From Squalus acanthias (lineage: Eukaryota): 64,000 bases of DNA. This document shows, piece after piece, positions 62,248 through 64,000 of the stretch; position 1 is the first letter of the stretch, and each line of letters opens with the position of its first letter. The notes under the pieces were generated by a model, which had not been told where the DNA came from, searched no databases, and saw only the letters and a list, made by a program, of their open reading frames with translations. A program made the translations under genes and the position numbers. The stretch is taken from the NCBI GenBank assembly GCA_030390025.1, contig CM059433.1:12154001-12218000 (forward strand). Direction: 5' to 3'.

Positions 62248-62960
62248 GTAGGTCGCTCAGTATTGATTTAAAAGATTTCAAATGCATCTTTCAGGATGGA
62301 ACTATGCAAAACGTTTGCCTGTTTAATTGTTGCATCTAAACAATAAAAATCCTGTAGAAAAAGGAGAAATATTCACTGTAGAATAAAATGCCAAAATTAA
62401 TTTGTGTATGTCTTACACTAGTAAACAAAGAGTTTTTATTATATTCCAGGTAATTATCCATCAGTTTTCTGCTTAGTTTAACAAGTTATTGACTTTAATT
62501 TATTCTAACATGTGGCTGATTAAGGTAATTGTTACTGGGGAATATGCACATCAAGATATGAAATAATGAGACTAAAATGTTTCCAAATAAATAACACAAT
62601 AATTTGAGATCCTTGTCATTATACCCAAAATCTACTTATTTCATTAATAAATCTGCAGTAATTGTAACTGTTCAATGATTGTAATAATTAGCCAATGGAG
62701 ATCTGCTTTGAATGTGTTATACGCTTTGTGTTGAGGCTTTAATCGGAAAGGAAAATTAATTGTCCAGTCATGTGGGTATGATGACATTTGTAATCAATTG
62801 TATGTGTATGTATGTTTTTGTTATATATACACACACACAGTATATAGGGTGCATGTTTCACTGAAAACTTACTAACTACCTGCAGTACCCATTACTCCTA
62901 TAGATGGTGCTGTAATAGGTATTTTCCATGTTGAAGGTCCATGCCTTTCTCTCACACATA

Positions 62961-64000
62961 GGGGGCTAAATTGGGCGGTGTAGTGCCCATTTTTAGGCGC
63001 TACGTGGCTACATCAGACTCGTGCACCTACAGACTGCCGGCAGCATGCAGAGCTGCGAGATGATCACGTGAATAAATGTGTAAAGCTGATTTGAAGCCAC
63101 CGCTGCCACGCCGAGCGGGACAAGCTGCTAGAAGAGGGAGGAGGAGAAGGGCTCTCAGCAGGAGGCCATATCAGCTGAGGGCCTTCAGGGAGCAATTCTC
63201 TTACCTCAACTTCAGTGAGGCCCAAAGCTTGAGATGTCTTTGCTTCACAACTGCTGCAGCCACAAAGCAGGGTAAGGGCAGCATAGCCTGTGGCTGCAAT
63301 GTGTCCGCTCCTTTCAGGCTGTTGCTGGAGATATAAGCAATATTTTGCAGTGCACCGCTGCATAAGGGAGGTCACTGAGGCTCTCTATACACAGACAAAC
63401 AATTCCATCTCATTACCTCATGCCAGAGACAAGCAGGTGGAGTTGAGCACAAGGTTTTGCACGCAAGGCAGGCTTCCCCATGATGCAGGGTGCCGTTGAC
63501 GGCATGCACATTGCCTTGCGTGCGCCTCATGTGAACTCGACTATTTTCATGAATCGAAAGAAATTCCACTCCCTCAATATGCAGCTGGTGTGAGACCACC
63601 GGCAGCTCATTATGCAGGTGAATGCCCGTTATCCTGGCAGCAGTCACGATTCCTTCATTCTGTGCCAGTCCTCTGTTCCACCTGTATTTGAACCACCATG
63701 GCAAGTCAAAGGCTGGCTACTGGGCGACAAGGGTTATCTCCTCATGACATGGTTCATGACTCCAGTCAGGAACCCACGTACACGTGGACAGCAGGCCTAC
63801 AATAAGAGTAATGCTGCCAAAAGGAAGATTATAGAGCACACCATCGGCATCCTCAAGCAATGCTTCCACTGCCTGGACCGTTCTGGTGGAGCCCTGCAGT
63901 ACTCAGCTGAGCGGGTATCAAGGTTTCTGGTAGTAGGTCGCCTACTGCACAACCTGGCCATTATGGGGGAACAGCCCTTGCTGCCACCTATCAGGCAAGA
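62961..64000 (+). mobile_element. PIF/Harbinger DNA transposon with a decayed DDE (HARBI1-like) transposase, cut by the window edge
   Basis: Terminus GGGGGCTAAATTGGG. Manual translation: GFPMMQGAVDGMHIALRAP..FMNRKKFHSLNMQLV*DH..YPGSSHDSFIL..WLLGDKGY..IIEHTIGILKQCFHCLD..LLHNLAI. In-frame TGA at 63591. Confidence 0.9.

Noticed and set aside
63076..64000. Domesticated HARBI1 gene
   Set aside because: It has an in-frame stop, apparent deletions and an adjacent TIR-like end, and it sits in an intron. This fits a dead transposon copy.

Overview
Vertebrate nuclear DNA. The repeat complement (CR1 LINEs with (TTCTATG/TTCTTATG)n tails, HE1/V-SINE-like and Deu-domain SINEs, L2, Penelope) points to a cartilaginous fish, probably a shark; this is inferred. 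The window holds the 5' halves of two head-to-head genes sharing a short CpG-rich bidirectional promoter at about 30.5-30.9 kb. TRAPPC12 is on the minus strand (probable non-coding exon 1, then four coding exons running off the left edge). EIPR1/TSSC1 is on the plus strand (coding exons 1-4, continuing past the right edge). All splice sites and exon phases read consistently. The introns are largely nested transposons: many CR1 and L2 fragments, a second LINE family, a Penelope element (RT + GIY-YIG), a decayed PIF/Harbinger transposase, and MITEs of Harbinger, hAT and Tc1/mariner type. Most notable: (1) a LINE family that appears to carry a tRNA-like Pol III head and no ORF1, together with its own head+tail non-autonomous derivative; (2) a minimal hammerhead ribozyme in the Penelope terminus; (3) Harbinger-type MITEs carrying a fixed-spacing E-box/CCAAT module, splice donors and a structurally conserved hairpin; (4) a 20-copy minisatellite born inside a CR1. 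I see no prokaryotic or CRISPR system, and most short ORFs in the track are repeat-derived noise. Repeat boundaries are approximate unless a TSD or TIR is quoted.
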